From assembly GCA_036257565.1 (NCBI GenBank), contig DATAFH010000085.1, positions 36,937 through 100,936 on the forward strand: a DNA stretch of 64,000 nt. Reading direction: 5' to 3'. Position 1 is the stretch's first letter. The number at the start of each line of letters is the position of its first letter. The translations under genes were made by a program, and so were the position numbers. The stretch is from Solirubrobacteraceae bacterium (GTDB lineage Bacteria; Actinomycetota; Thermoleophilia; Solirubrobacterales; Solirubrobacteraceae). The notes under the pieces are model-generated. The model had not been told where the DNA came from and ran no database searches. It worked only from the letters and a program-made list of their open reading frames with translations. This document shows positions 52,715 to 61,901 of the stretch, piece by piece.

Positions 52715-54178
52715 ATGAGAAGGATCGGCACGGCGCTGCTGGGGGTAGCGCTTGCCTCTGCGGTGCTGCCAGCGGCGGCACACGCAGACACGCTTGACGC
52801 GGCGGGCAACGGAGTGCTGCCCGACAGCGTGGCGATCAACTCGATCTGGGTGATGGTGGCGGCCCTGCTCGTGATCTTCATGCAGGCGGGCTTCGCGTTC
52901 CTGGAGATCGGCTTCTCCCGCGCGAAGAACGCCGGCACGGTGGTCGCCAAGATCCTCACCAACTTCTCGATCGCCGGGCTCATGTACTGGGCCTGCGGCT
53001 TCGCCTTCGCGTTCGGCGTCGGCGACCTGATGGGAACGGACGGCTTCTTCCTGCGCGCTTACGGCGACCCGCTCGAGGCGTTCCCGGTGATGGGCCTGTC
53101 CGACGCCACGATCGAGACGAAGTGGATGTTCCAGTTCTCGTTCTGCGCGGTCTCGCTGGCCATCGTGTGGGGCACGACGCTCGAGCGCATCAAGTTCGGC
53201 GTCTACGTGATCTACGCGGTCGTCTTCGCCGGGCTGATCTACCCGATCGCCTCGCACTGGGTGTTCGGCGGCGGCTGGCTGCAGAACAACCTTGGCATGC
53301 AGGACTTCGCGGGCTCGACCGCGGTGCACCTGATCGGCGCCACCGGCGCCCTGGCGGTGCTCCTCCAGCTCGGCGCGCGGCGCGGCAAGTACGGGTCCGA
53401 CGGGTCCCCGCGGGCGATCCCGGGGCACTCGATGCCGTTCTTCGGCCTCGGTGTGCTGATCCTGTGGCTCGGGTGGTTCGGGTTCAACCCGGGCTCGACG
53501 CTGGGCGCGCTCGACGGCCGCTTCCCCGAGGTCGCGCTCGTCACGATGCTGGCTGCCGGGGCCGGCGTGCTGGCCTCGATCGCCACCGCACGCTGGAAGA
53601 CCGGCACGATCGACATCGGCATGGCCGGCAACGGCGCGATCGGCGCCCTCGTGGCCATCACCGCCCCGTCCGGCTACGTGGAGCCGTGGACCGCCCCGAT
53701 CATCGGCGCCATCGCCGGCGTCATCGTCCCGCTCGGCGTCTATGCGATCGACAAGAAGATCGACGACCCGGTCGGCGCGCTCACGGCCCATGGCCTGTGC
53801 GGCGTGTGGGGCACGCTCGCCTGTGGCATCTTCACGTCGCCGCGGCTGGCCGAGTACAACGCGTTCGGCGACCCGGGCCTGATCTACACCGGCTCGTTCG
53901 GGCAGCTCGGCACGCAGGCCCTCGGCGTGGTCACCGTGTTCGCGTTCGTGTTCACCCTCTCGTACCTGACGTTCTTCGCGATCAAGAAGACGTACGGGCT
54001 GCGCGTCACGGCCGACGAGGAAGAGGCCGGCCTGGACATCTCCGAGCATGGTATGTACGGGTATCCGGAGCAGTTCATCCCGGCGCCCGAGCTCATCGGC
54101 TACAGCCCCGCGCCCGGCAACGTGCCGCCGCGTGAGACGCCTCGCGGCGCCACCACGAAGGAGGTGCCGGTCGCGTGA
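52715..54178 (+). CDS. amt: ammonium transporter (Amt family) with signal peptide
   Basis: ATG 52715 is preceded by GGAAGAGGAGGA. MRRIGTALLGVALASAVLPAAAHA signal peptide. FMQAGFAFLE, AVHLIGATGAL and LTAHGLCGVWGTL blocks. Confidence 0.92.
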   Translation: MRRIGTALLGVALASAVLPAAAHADTLDAAGNGVLPDSVAINSIWVMVAALLVIFMQAGFAFLEIGFSRAKNAGTVVAKILTNFSIAGLMYWACGFAFAFGVGDLMGTDGFFLRAYGDPLEAFPVMGLSDATIETKWMFQFSFCAVSLAIVWGTTLERIKFGVYVIYAVVFAGLIYPIASHWVFGGGWLQNNLGMQDFAGSTAVHLIGATGALAVLLQLGARRGKYGSDGSPRAIPGHSMPFFGLGVLILWLGWFGFNPGSTLGALDGRFPEVALVTMLAAGAGVLASIATARWKTGTIDIGMAGNGAIGALVAITAPSGYVEPWTAPIIGAIAGVIVPLGVYAIDKKIDDPVGALTAHGLCGVWGTLACGIFTSPRLAEYNAFGDPGLIYTGSFGQLGTQALGVVTVFAFVFTLSYLTFFAIKKTYGLRVTADEEEAGLDISEHGMYGYPEQFIPAPELIGYSPAPGNVPPRETPRGATTKEVPVA

Positions 54179-54549
54179 AGAAGATCGAGGCGTTCATCCG
54201 ACACGAAGCGTTCGAGCCCATCCGCATGGAGCTGATGGGGCTCGGGTTCCCGTCACTGTCGATCTCGGAGGTCAAGGGCTCGGGGCGGCAGAAGGGGATC
54301 ACCGAGCGCTACCGCGGCGCCGAGCTGACCAACTGGCTGCGGCCGAAGGTCAAGCTCGAGTGCGTCGTCGCGTCCCACGACGTCCAGACCGTGGTGGACG
54401 CCATCCTCAAGCACGCCCGGACGGGCCAGATCGGCGACGGCAAGGTGTTCGTCATGCCCGTCGAGGAGGCCTACCGTATCCGCACCGGCGAGTCCGGTGA
54501 GGAGACGCTCCAGGCCCATCCCGAGGTGGCCGCGCAGGCCACCGCGTGA
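54175..54549 (+). CDS. glnK: P-II family nitrogen regulator (GlnB/GlnK-like) lacking T-loop Tyr51
   Basis: GTG 54175 overlaps the amt TGA (GTGA). 124 aa. EVKGSGRQKGITERYRGAELTNWLRPKVKLE aligns without gaps to E. coli GlnK [31 protein letters not shown], which puts Leu at position 51. Confidence 0.9.
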   Translation: MKKIEAFIRHEAFEPIRMELMGLGFPSLSISEVKGSGRQKGITERYRGAELTNWLRPKVKLECVVASHDVQTVVDAILKHARTGQIGDGKVFVMPVEEAYRIRTGESGEETLQAHPEVAAQATA

Positions 54550-55805
54550 GTGGAACGGGGCGGCCGCGAGGCCGCCCCGTCGCTTCTTCGATGCCAGCCG
54601 AGCCCGACTTCACTCCCCGTACCGCCACGTCGCTCGTCGAGCGCCTGCGCGCCGTGCACCTGCAGATGCTCGACGCGGTGCTGACCGGCGACGGGCTGGC
54701 GGCCGTGGCCGACCTCGCAGCCGGCGCGGCGGGCGGGCCGGTGGCCGTCGTCGTGCCCCGGCTCGGCGTGGCCGTCGTCTCCGACGGCGGCGAGGCGGCG
54801 CTGCAGGCCGTCCGCCGCTACATCGGCGAGCAAGGCCGGGGCCGGGTCGCGCCCGTGCCCGGCGAGATCGTGGCCGAGGTCCCGATCGCCTCGGGCGACG
54901 AGCGGATCGGCGGCGTCGTACTGCTCGCCCCCGGCCGGCCGGAGCCGGAGGCCGTCGAGTTCCTGCACCTGGCGGCCGTCGCCGCGCTCACCGAGGTGGC
55001 GGTCGAGGAGGCCCGCGAGGAGGTCGAGGAGAACGTCCGCGGCTCGTTCCTCGAGGAGCTGCGCGAACGCCCGGACGGGCTCGACCCGGCCGACGTCGTG
55101 CGGCGGGCCGCCCGGCTCGGATGCGACCTCGAGCGCGGGGCCGTGGTGCTGTGCGCCGAGCTCAGCACGGAGCGCCCGCGCCACGTCGTCGCGCTGATCG
55201 CGTCCGAGTACGCGGGCGCGCTCGCCCAGCATGTCGAGGGCGGGCCGGCCGGCCGCGTGTACGCGCTGCTGCCGGCCGCCGGCGACGCCGACCAGACCGC
55301 GACGATCGTCGCCGCCCGTGCGCTGGCCGGCCGGCTCCAGCGCCACGGCGTGGTCGCGCTGTCGTCCTTCTACGCCGACCCCGGCGAGCTCGGCCGCGCG
55401 ATCCAGGAGGCCGAGCTCGTGCTCGAGGTGCTCCAGCGCGGCGACGGGCTCGGCGGCCCGATCCAGGAGGACATCGGCACCGGCACCTACCGGCTGCTGT
55501 TCCGCGTGCTCGCGTCGCACCCCGAGGAGGTCCGCTCCTTCTACGAGGACACGGTCGCGTCGATCGTCCGCTACGACGACCAGTACCGCACGGACCTCGT
55601 GCAGACGCTCGAGGCCTACCTCGAGCACAACTGCAACATGAACGCCACCGCGTCGGCGATCTACGCCCACCGGCACACGGTCGCGTACCGGCTCGAGCGC
55701 GTGAAGGAGCTCAGCGGGCTCGACCCGATGCAGACCGAGGACCGCGAGCGGCTCGGCCTCGGGCTGAAGGCCTACCGCATCATCGCGCCCGGCCTGCCTT
55801 GTTAG
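54546..55805 (+). CDS. PucR/CdaR-family transcriptional regulator
   Basis: GTG 54546 overlaps the PII TGA (GTGA). 419 aa. C-terminal PucR-type HTH LEAYLEHNCNMNATASAIYAHRHTVAYRLERVKELSGLD. Confidence 0.85.
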   Translation: MSGTGRPRGRPVASSMPAEPDFTPRTATSLVERLRAVHLQMLDAVLTGDGLAAVADLAAGAAGGPVAVVVPRLGVAVVSDGGEAALQAVRRYIGEQGRGRVAPVPGEIVAEVPIASGDERIGGVVLLAPGRPEPEAVEFLHLAAVAALTEVAVEEAREEVEENVRGSFLEELRERPDGLDPADVVRRAARLGCDLERGAVVLCAELSTERPRHVVALIASEYAGALAQHVEGGPAGRVYALLPAAGDADQTATIVAARALAGRLQRHGVVALSSFYADPGELGRAIQEAELVLEVLQRGDGLGGPIQEDIGTGTYRLLFRVLASHPEEVRSFYEDTVASIVRYDDQYRTDLVQTLEAYLEHNCNMNATASAIYAHRHTVAYRLERVKELSGLDPMQTEDRERLGLGLKAYRIIAPGLPC

Positions 55806-55827
55806 GCGTGCCCAACGGGACATCGCT

Positions 55828-55869
55828 CTGACACGGAGTGGCCCGTTGGTCGGGGCCCCACTGTGTCAG
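55828..55869. terminator. hairpin between convergent pucR-like gene and lipoprotein gene
   Basis: CTGACAC-gg-AGTGG (55828-55841) pairs with CCACTGTGTCAG (55858-55869): 12 bp with a 2-nt bulge and a 16-nt loop. No U-tract. It overlaps the lipoprotein stop codon. Confidence 0.35.
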
Positions 55870-56456
55870 TCGCGGCCGCCGCGGATGACCTCGCCGTTCT
55901 CGCCGACGCGGGCGGGCACCGGGTCCGCGGAGATCTCGACGTCGAACGAGCCGGTGGTGCGCTGCCCGTCGGCGGCCACTGCGCGACCGTCGAGCCCGGG
56001 CGCCACCGAGTAGTCGATCGTGTAGGCGCCGGGGCGCACCGCGGTCAGCGTCCATTCGAGGGCGACGGTCTGGCCCGGGAACACGCGGCCGGTCGACCAC
56101 GTGTCCGTGTAGGCGCTCTCCCCGCCGGCCGGCCCCTTGTCGACGATCCAGATCGGGCGGTCGTCATCGGCCAGGCGCGGGTCGTCCGAGGACGTGCCGA
56201 AGGCGGACGCGACCTCGCCGCCGCCCGGCGCCGTCGTGCGGATCGTCACCGCGAGGTTCGGCAGGTCGCGGTCGTCGGTGTTGCGGACCGAGATGCGCAG
56301 CGTCGCGTGCTGGGCCGTCGACTGACGCTCGGGGAACGACGCGTCGACGACCTGGAGCGCGAACTCGCCTTCCGGCTCGTTCTCGTCCTGGCGCTCGCTG
56401 CCACAGCCGGCAAGCGCCAGGCAGCAGACCATGGCGAAAACCGCAGCACGTCCCAC
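55866..56456 (-). CDS. lipoprotein (hypothetical)
   Basis: GTG 56456 (or ATG 56432). (M)GRAAVFAMVCCLALAGCGS lipobox. About 196 aa, beta-rich, no family recognised. The rest of listed ORF 55866..57413 is antisense to yrbEA. Confidence 0.6.
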   Translation of the reverse strand: MGRAAVFAMVCCLALAGCGSERQDENEPEGEFALQVVDASFPERQSTAQHATLRISVRNTDDRDLPNLAVTIRTTAPGGGEVASAFGTSSDDPRLADDDRPIWIVDKGPAGGESAYTDTWSTGRVFPGQTVALEWTLTAVRPGAYTIDYSVAPGLDGRAVAADGQRTTGSFDVEISADPVPARVGENGEVIRGGRD

Positions 56457-56484
56457 GGCGCGCGATGTTACGCGCACGCGCAAG

Positions 56485-56505
56485 AAACGGCGACGGTTGC
56501 CGTTT
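56485..56505. promoter_or_regulatory. inverted repeat AAACGGC-N7-GCCGTTT upstream of the yrbE/mce operon (candidate operator)
   Basis: AAACGGC (56485-56491) and GCCGTTT (56499-56505) are exact reverse complements. They lie about 80 nt upstream of the yrbEA TTG start, in the divergent spacer. Confidence 0.35.
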
Positions 56506-56582
56506 GTGCCCCTTGCAGGCCGTCGCATAACCTTCGCCGTCCGCCGCCCACGAGGCGCGGCGGCCAACCAAGGGGAGAGAAG

Positions 56583-57389
56583 TTGGTCCGAACCGTCGCC
56601 GATCGAGCCTTCCTGCCGGCCAAGAGCCTGCTGGAGGAAGTGGGCGACATGATGATCCTCACGGGCAAGACGATCGTCTCGGCCGTGCGTCCGCCGTACC
56701 CCTACGGCGGCGAGTTCGTCTCCCAGTTCCTGTTCGCCCTCAAGCTCTGCTGGTTCCCGTTGATCGTCTCCACGGTGGCGTTCGGCTACGGCGCCCCGGG
56801 CCTGCAGGCCGCGAACTTCCTCAACCTGTTCGGGTCGATCGACCGCCTGGGCGGCTTCTTCGTGCTCGCGTCGATCCGCGAGTTCGCGCCGTTCGTGACC
56901 GCGATCGTGCTCGCGGGCGTGGCCGGCACGGCGATCACTGCCGACCTCGGCGCCCGCAAGATCCGCGAGGAGCTCGACGCGCTGCAGGTGCTGGGCGTCG
57001 ATCCGGTCAAGAACCTCGTCGTCCCGCGCTTCCTCGCGCTCATGCTCGTGACCGGCCTGTTCGACGTCTACGCGCTGCTGTTCGGCATCTTCGGCGGCGT
57101 CGTGGCGACGCTCACCAACGGCGCCCCGCTCGGCCCGTTCTGGGCCACGTTCTTCACGAACTCGTCGGTCGTCGACCTCTGGGGCTCGGTCCTCAAGTGC
57201 ACGATGTTCGGCGCCATCATCGCGATCGTCTGCTGTTACAAGGGCATGACCGCGTCGGGCGGTGCGCAGGGAGTCGGCCGCGCCGTCAACCAGGCGGTCG
57301 TGGTCTCCACGCTCGGCGTCTTCGCGTTCAACTACGTCTTCACGCAGACCCTGCTGGCCACCCACCCGGAGATCGTGAACATCAAGTAA
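56583..57389 (+). CDS. yrbEA: MlaE/YrbE-family ABC permease (YrbEA-like)
   Basis: TTG 56583 is preceded by GGGGAGAG. 268 aa. REFAPFVTAIVLAGVAGTAITADLGARKIREELDALQVLGVDP is typical MlaE. Confidence 0.85.
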   Translation: MVRTVADRAFLPAKSLLEEVGDMMILTGKTIVSAVRPPYPYGGEFVSQFLFALKLCWFPLIVSTVAFGYGAPGLQAANFLNLFGSIDRLGGFFVLASIREFAPFVTAIVLAGVAGTAITADLGARKIREELDALQVLGVDPVKNLVVPRFLALMLVTGLFDVYALLFGIFGGVVATLTNGAPLGPFWATFFTNSSVVDLWGSVLKCTMFGAIIAIVCCYKGMTASGGAQGVGRAVNQAVVVSTLGVFAFNYVFTQTLLATHPEIVNIK

Positions 57390-57391
57390 CC

Positions 57392-58192
57392 ATGGGACGG
57401 CAATGGCTGGCAATCCCGCGTGACTGGCTCGCCTCCTTCGGCGAGATCGTCCGCTTCTGCTCGACCGTGGTCGCCGAGGTCTTCTCGCTCAAGGTCTTCC
57501 GCTTCTTCGGCGAGGCGCTGCGGCAGGCTGGGCTGCTGGTCCTCTCCTCGACGCTCGTCATCTGGGGCCTGATCTTCATCATCGGCCTGCAGTGCGGCAT
57601 CGAGGGCGCGTACTTCAACCGTGCCGTCGGGGCGCCGGCCTACGCGGGCGTGTTCGCCGCCTGGTGCGACCTGCGCGAGCTCGTGCCGTACGCCTTCGGC
57701 TACATGATGGCCGCCAAGGTGGGCACCGGTATCGTGGCCGAGCTCGGCTCGATGCGGATCTCCGACGAGATCGACGCGCTCGAGGTGATGGGTATCTCCT
57801 CGATGACGTTCCTGTGTGCGACGCGCCTGCTGGCGGCCTGGCTGGTGCTGCCCTTCATGTACCTCGCCGGCATCGGCGCCGGCTTCTTCGCCTCCTACCT
57901 CGCGGTGGTCGAGCAGATCGGGGAGGTCTCGAGCGGCGGCTACCTGCTCATCTTCTGGATGTTCCAGAACCCACCCGACCTCATATACAGCGTGATCAAG
58001 GCGATGGCGATGGCGACGGTGATCGTGCTCGTAGGCTGCTACTACGGGTATACGGCGAGCGGCGGCCCGGTCGGAGTCGGCACCGCCACCGCGAAGTCGA
58101 TGGTGCTCAATATCGTGCTCGTGCACCTGATCGGCATGCTGGGCACCCAGGTCTTCTGGGGCGCGAACCCCCGGGCCCCCATCGGAGGATGA
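57392..58192 (+). CDS. yrbEB: MlaE/YrbE-family ABC permease (YrbEB-like)
   Basis: ATG 57392 lies 2 nt after the yrbEA stop. 266 aa. AAKVGTGIVAELGSMRISDEIDALEVMGISS. Confidence 0.85.
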   Translation: MGRQWLAIPRDWLASFGEIVRFCSTVVAEVFSLKVFRFFGEALRQAGLLVLSSTLVIWGLIFIIGLQCGIEGAYFNRAVGAPAYAGVFAAWCDLRELVPYAFGYMMAAKVGTGIVAELGSMRISDEIDALEVMGISSMTFLCATRLLAAWLVLPFMYLAGIGAGFFASYLAVVEQIGEVSSGGYLLIFWMFQNPPDLIYSVIKAMAMATVIVLVGCYYGYTASGGPVGVGTATAKSMVLNIVLVHLIGMLGTQVFWGANPRAPIGG

Positions 58193-59013
58193 GCGTGAGT
58201 ACAGAGCAGCATCACGACGAGTATCGCTGGCACACCGGCGAACAGCGCCCGACCGGGACCAAGGACGCGGTCGAGTTCGTCGACGTGCACAAGTCGTTCG
58301 GCCGCAACCAGATCCTGCGCGGGCTCAACATGAGCATCCCGGACGACAAGATCTCGATGATCCTCGGGCCCTCGGGCACCGGCAAGTCGGTCTGCATCAA
58401 GCACATGGTCGGCCTGCTCTATCCCGACGAAGGCGACGTGCTGGTCCACGGCGAGTCCGTGCCGGGCATGCGCGACGACGACCTGTTCGAGATGCGCAGG
58501 CGCTTCGGGGTGCTGTTTCAGGACGGCGCGCTGTTCGGGTCGATGAACCTCTACGACAACGTCGCGTTCCCGCTGCGCCAGCACACCGACAAGGGCGAGG
58601 ACGAGGTCGAGGACATCGTCATGCGCCGCCTGCGCGAGGTCGGCCTCGAGGACTCGCTCGAGAAGATGCCAAACGAGCTGTCGGGCGGGATGCGCAAGCG
58701 TGCCGGGTTCGCCCGCGCGCTCGTGCTCGACCCCGACATCGTGCTCTTCGATGAGCCCGACTCCGGCCTCGACCCCGTCCGCACGGCGCTCCTGTGCGAG
58801 CTCATCAAAGAGGTCCACGAGGAGAACGGCGGGGCCTACGTGGTGATCACGCACGACATCATGTCGGCCAAGCGCGTGGCCGAGTACATCGCGGTGCTGT
58901 GGCGCGGCCGGATCGTGGAATCCGGACCCGCCGAGGAGCTCTTCAACTCCGACAACCAGTTCGTGCGGCAGTTCCTCAGCGGCGCCTCCCAGGGGCCGCT
59001 GGGCATGGAGTAA
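58189..59013 (+). CDS. mkl: MlaF/Mkl(MceG)-type ABC ATPase
   Basis: ATG 58189 overlaps the yrbEB TGA (ATGA). Walker A GPSGTGKS, signature LSGGMRKR, Walker B VLFDEPDSGLDP. Confidence 0.9.
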   Translation: MSVSTEQHHDEYRWHTGEQRPTGTKDAVEFVDVHKSFGRNQILRGLNMSIPDDKISMILGPSGTGKSVCIKHMVGLLYPDEGDVLVHGESVPGMRDDDLFEMRRRFGVLFQDGALFGSMNLYDNVAFPLRQHTDKGEDEVEDIVMRRLREVGLEDSLEKMPNELSGGMRKRAGFARALVLDPDIVLFDEPDSGLDPVRTALLCELIKEVHEENGGAYVVITHDIMSAKRVAEYIAVLWRGRIVESGPAEELFNSDNQFVRQFLSGASQGPLGME

Positions 59014-59085
59014 GCCTGGCCTGGCGTAGCGGCACCGGCACGTAGGCGGGTCGGTAGGGTTCCCCCGGATGAGGGAGCGTCGTCT

Positions 59086-60429
59086 GTGAGCGTGGCGAGA
59101 GCCGCCGCGGCAAGCGCCCTTGCGCTCGCTGTGGCGCTCACGGTCTGGCTTCTCCTCTTCCGGTCGGACGGCGGGACCGAGTACACGCTCGTCTTCCAGA
59201 CCGCCGGCCAGCTCGTCAAGGACGACGACGTCCAGGTCGGCGGCCGGCGGATCGGCTCGGTCCAGGACATCACGCTCACGGACGACAACGAGGCGGCGGT
59301 CAAGATCAGCGTCCAGGAGCCGTATGCGCCGCTGCGCGAGGGCACCACCGCGGTGGTCCGGCTCACGTCGCTGTCGGGCATCGCCAACCGCTACGTCGCA
59401 CTCACGCCCGCCCCCGGCGACGCCGAGGAGCTGTCCGAAGGCGCCACGCTGCGCGCGACCGCGACCACCGACGTCGTCGACCTCGACCAGATCCTCAACA
59501 CGCTCGACGAGCGCACGCGCGGCAACCTTGCGGACGTCATCAAGGGCTTCGCCGCTCAGTACGAGGGCAAGGGGGACGAAGCCGGCCAGTCGGCCAAGTA
59601 CTTCAACCCGGTGCTCTCGAGCTCCCGCCGCCTCGTGCAGCAGGTGACCGAGGACGAGGGCGCCGTGACGCGCTTCCTCGTCAACTCCTCGCGCGCGGTG
59701 ACCGCGGTCGCCGAGCGCCGCGACGACCTCGCCGACCTCGTCGGCAACGCGAACCGCACGGCGTCGGCGATCGGCGCCGAGAACGCCGCGCTGGCGCGCG
59801 CCCTCGGCCTGCTCCCGACCACGCTCCGCCGCGCCAACACGACGTTCGTGAACCTGCGCTCCACGCTCGACGACCTCGACGTGCTGGTCGCCGAGTCCAA
59901 GCCCGCGACGCGCGACCTGGCGCCGTTCCTGCGCGAGCTGCGGCCGCTCGTCGCGTCCGCCCGGCCCACGATCCGCGACCTGCGCACGCTCGTGCGCCGG
60001 CCCGGGGACGACAACGATCTCGTCGAGGCCACACGCAAGCTGCCGCGCCTGCAGCAGGTGGCCACGCCCGCGTTCCGCAGCGGGCGCCAGGCGCTGGTCC
60101 GGGCGCAGCCGGTGCTCGAGTTCATCCGGCCCTATACGCCCGACCTCGTCGGCTGGCTCCGCGACTTCGGCGAGGGCGCGGCGAACTACGACGCCAACGG
60201 GCACTTCGCCCGCATCCAGCCGATCTTCAACGCGTTCTCGTTCGCCGACAACCCGTCGGGCGGGCTGCTGACCCCGATCCCGCCGTCGCAGCGCTTCGAG
60301 GGGCTCGAGACCGGGATCGTCCGGCGCTGTCCCGGCGCGGCCACGCAGGCCCCGGCGGACGGCTCGGCGCCGTTCACGGACGGCGGCGACCTCGATTGCG
60401 ATCCGACGCTGAGGCTGCCAGGCCCGTGA
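59086..60429 (+). CDS. Mce/MlaD-domain substrate-binding protein (first of series)
   Basis: GTG 59086 is preceded by GAGGGAG. N-terminal TM helix, MlaD core YTLVFQTAGQLVKDDDVQVGGRRIGSVQDITL and a long helical C-terminal region. Confidence 0.85.
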   Translation: MSVARAAAASALALAVALTVWLLLFRSDGGTEYTLVFQTAGQLVKDDDVQVGGRRIGSVQDITLTDDNEAAVKISVQEPYAPLREGTTAVVRLTSLSGIANRYVALTPAPGDAEELSEGATLRATATTDVVDLDQILNTLDERTRGNLADVIKGFAAQYEGKGDEAGQSAKYFNPVLSSSRRLVQQVTEDEGAVTRFLVNSSRAVTAVAERRDDLADLVGNANRTASAIGAENAALARALGLLPTTLRRANTTFVNLRSTLDDLDVLVAESKPATRDLAPFLRELRPLVASARPTIRDLRTLVRRPGDDNDLVEATRKLPRLQQVATPAFRSGRQALVRAQPVLEFIRPYTPDLVGWLRDFGEGAANYDANGHFARIQPIFNAFSFADNPSGGLLTPIPPSQRFEGLETGIVRRCPGAATQAPADGSAPFTDGGDLDCDPTLRLPGP

Positions 60430-61901
60430 GGCGCGTCGCAGCCGTCCTCCTGCTCGTGGCCGCCGCGGCCGCGTTCGCGGTCGTGGCGCTCGGCGCCGGC
60501 GACGACGCCGGCGGCGACTACAAGGTCCGCGCGATCTTCGACAACGCCGGCTTCGTCATCCCCGGCGAGGACGTGAAGGTGGCCGGCGTCAAGGTCGGCA
60601 CGATCGACGCGGTCGACGTCACGGACGATTTCAAGGCCGCGGTCGTGCTCGACATCAGCGACGAGGGCTACCAGGACTTCCGCCAGGACGCCGAGTGCCT
60701 CGTGCGCCCGCAGTCGCTGATCGGCGAGCGGTTCGTGGAGTGCAAGCCGACCCAGACGCGCGCCGTCGGCACCGAGCCGCCGCCCGCGCTCGAGCGCATC
60801 GACGAGGGGCCGGGGGAGGGCCAGTACCTCCTGCCGGTCGAGCGCAACGGCAAGGCCGTCGACCTCGACCTCGTCAACAACATCATGCGCGAGCCCGAGC
60901 GGGAGCGGCTCTCGATCATCCTCTCCGACCTCGGGATCGGCGTCGCCGGGCGCGGGCGCGACCTGTCCGAGGTCATCCGTCGCGCCGACCCGGCGCTGCG
61001 CGAGCTCGACGAGGTGCTGAAGATCCTCGCCCGGCAGAACGACCGGCTCGAGGCGCTGGCCGTCGACTCCGACACGATCCTGCAGCCGCTGGCCCGCGAG
61101 CGCCGCCAAGTCAGCGGCGCGATCTCGAACATGAGCGAGGTCGCCGAGGCGACGGCCGAGCGGCGGGCAGACCTCGAGGCCGACATCGAGCGCCTGCCGA
61201 CGTTCCTGCGCGAGCTGCGGCCGACGATGGTCCGGCTCGGCGCGCTCAGCGACGAGATGACCCCGGTGCTGCGGGACCTCGGCGACGTGGCCCCGGACAT
61301 CAACCGGCTCGTGCTCCAGCTCGGACCGTTCTCGCAGGCCGCCCGGCCCGCGTTCGACTCGCTGGGCGAGGCAGCCGAGGCCGGCATCCCCGCCGTGCGC
61401 GCCGCCCGCCCGGTGATCATCGACCTCAAGCGGCTCGCGCGCGCCGCGCGGCCTGTGGGCGCGGATGCCCGGCGCGTGCTCGAGTCGTTCAGGCAGACCG
61501 GCGGCATCAACCGCGCGATGGACTACATCTTCTACCAAGTGGCCGCCATCAACGGGTTCGACTCGTTCGGCCACTACCTGCGCGCCGCGCTGCTCGTCAA
61601 CCAGTGCTCGACGTACGCGGTCACGGCGACCTTCGGCTGCTCGGCGAACTTCTCGTCCGCGAGCGCCACGGCAACCGCCGCCTCGTCCGGCAAGCGGCGT
61701 GACCCGGTCCTGCAGCGCACCGCCGCTGCGCTCGCCCGTGCGCTCGGGCTGCCGGGCGGCGACGACGCGCCGGCGCCGCGCACGGCGAAGCGGCGCGAGA
61801 GCCGGCCGCCCGCGACGGCGCCGCAGCCCGCGCCCGCCGCCACGCCGGAGCCCGCGCAGACCGACCCGCTGCTCGACTACCTGTTCGGAGGCGAGGAATG
61901 A
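60426..61901 (+). CDS. Mce/MlaD-domain protein (second)
   Basis: GTG 60426 overlaps the upstream TGA (GTGA). YKVRAIFDNAGFVIPGEDVKVAGVKVGTIDAVDV. Ala/Pro-rich C-terminal tail. Confidence 0.85.
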   Translation: MRRVAAVLLLVAAAAAFAVVALGAGDDAGGDYKVRAIFDNAGFVIPGEDVKVAGVKVGTIDAVDVTDDFKAAVVLDISDEGYQDFRQDAECLVRPQSLIGERFVECKPTQTRAVGTEPPPALERIDEGPGEGQYLLPVERNGKAVDLDLVNNIMREPERERLSIILSDLGIGVAGRGRDLSEVIRRADPALRELDEVLKILARQNDRLEALAVDSDTILQPLARERRQVSGAISNMSEVAEATAERRADLEADIERLPTFLRELRPTMVRLGALSDEMTPVLRDLGDVAPDINRLVLQLGPFSQAARPAFDSLGEAAEAGIPAVRAARPVIIDLKRLARAARPVGADARRVLESFRQTGGINRAMDYIFYQVAAINGFDSFGHYLRAALLVNQCSTYAVTATFGCSANFSSASATATAASSGKRRDPVLQRTAAALARALGLPGGDDAPAPRTAKRRESRPPATAPQPAPAATPEPAQTDPLLDYLFGGEE

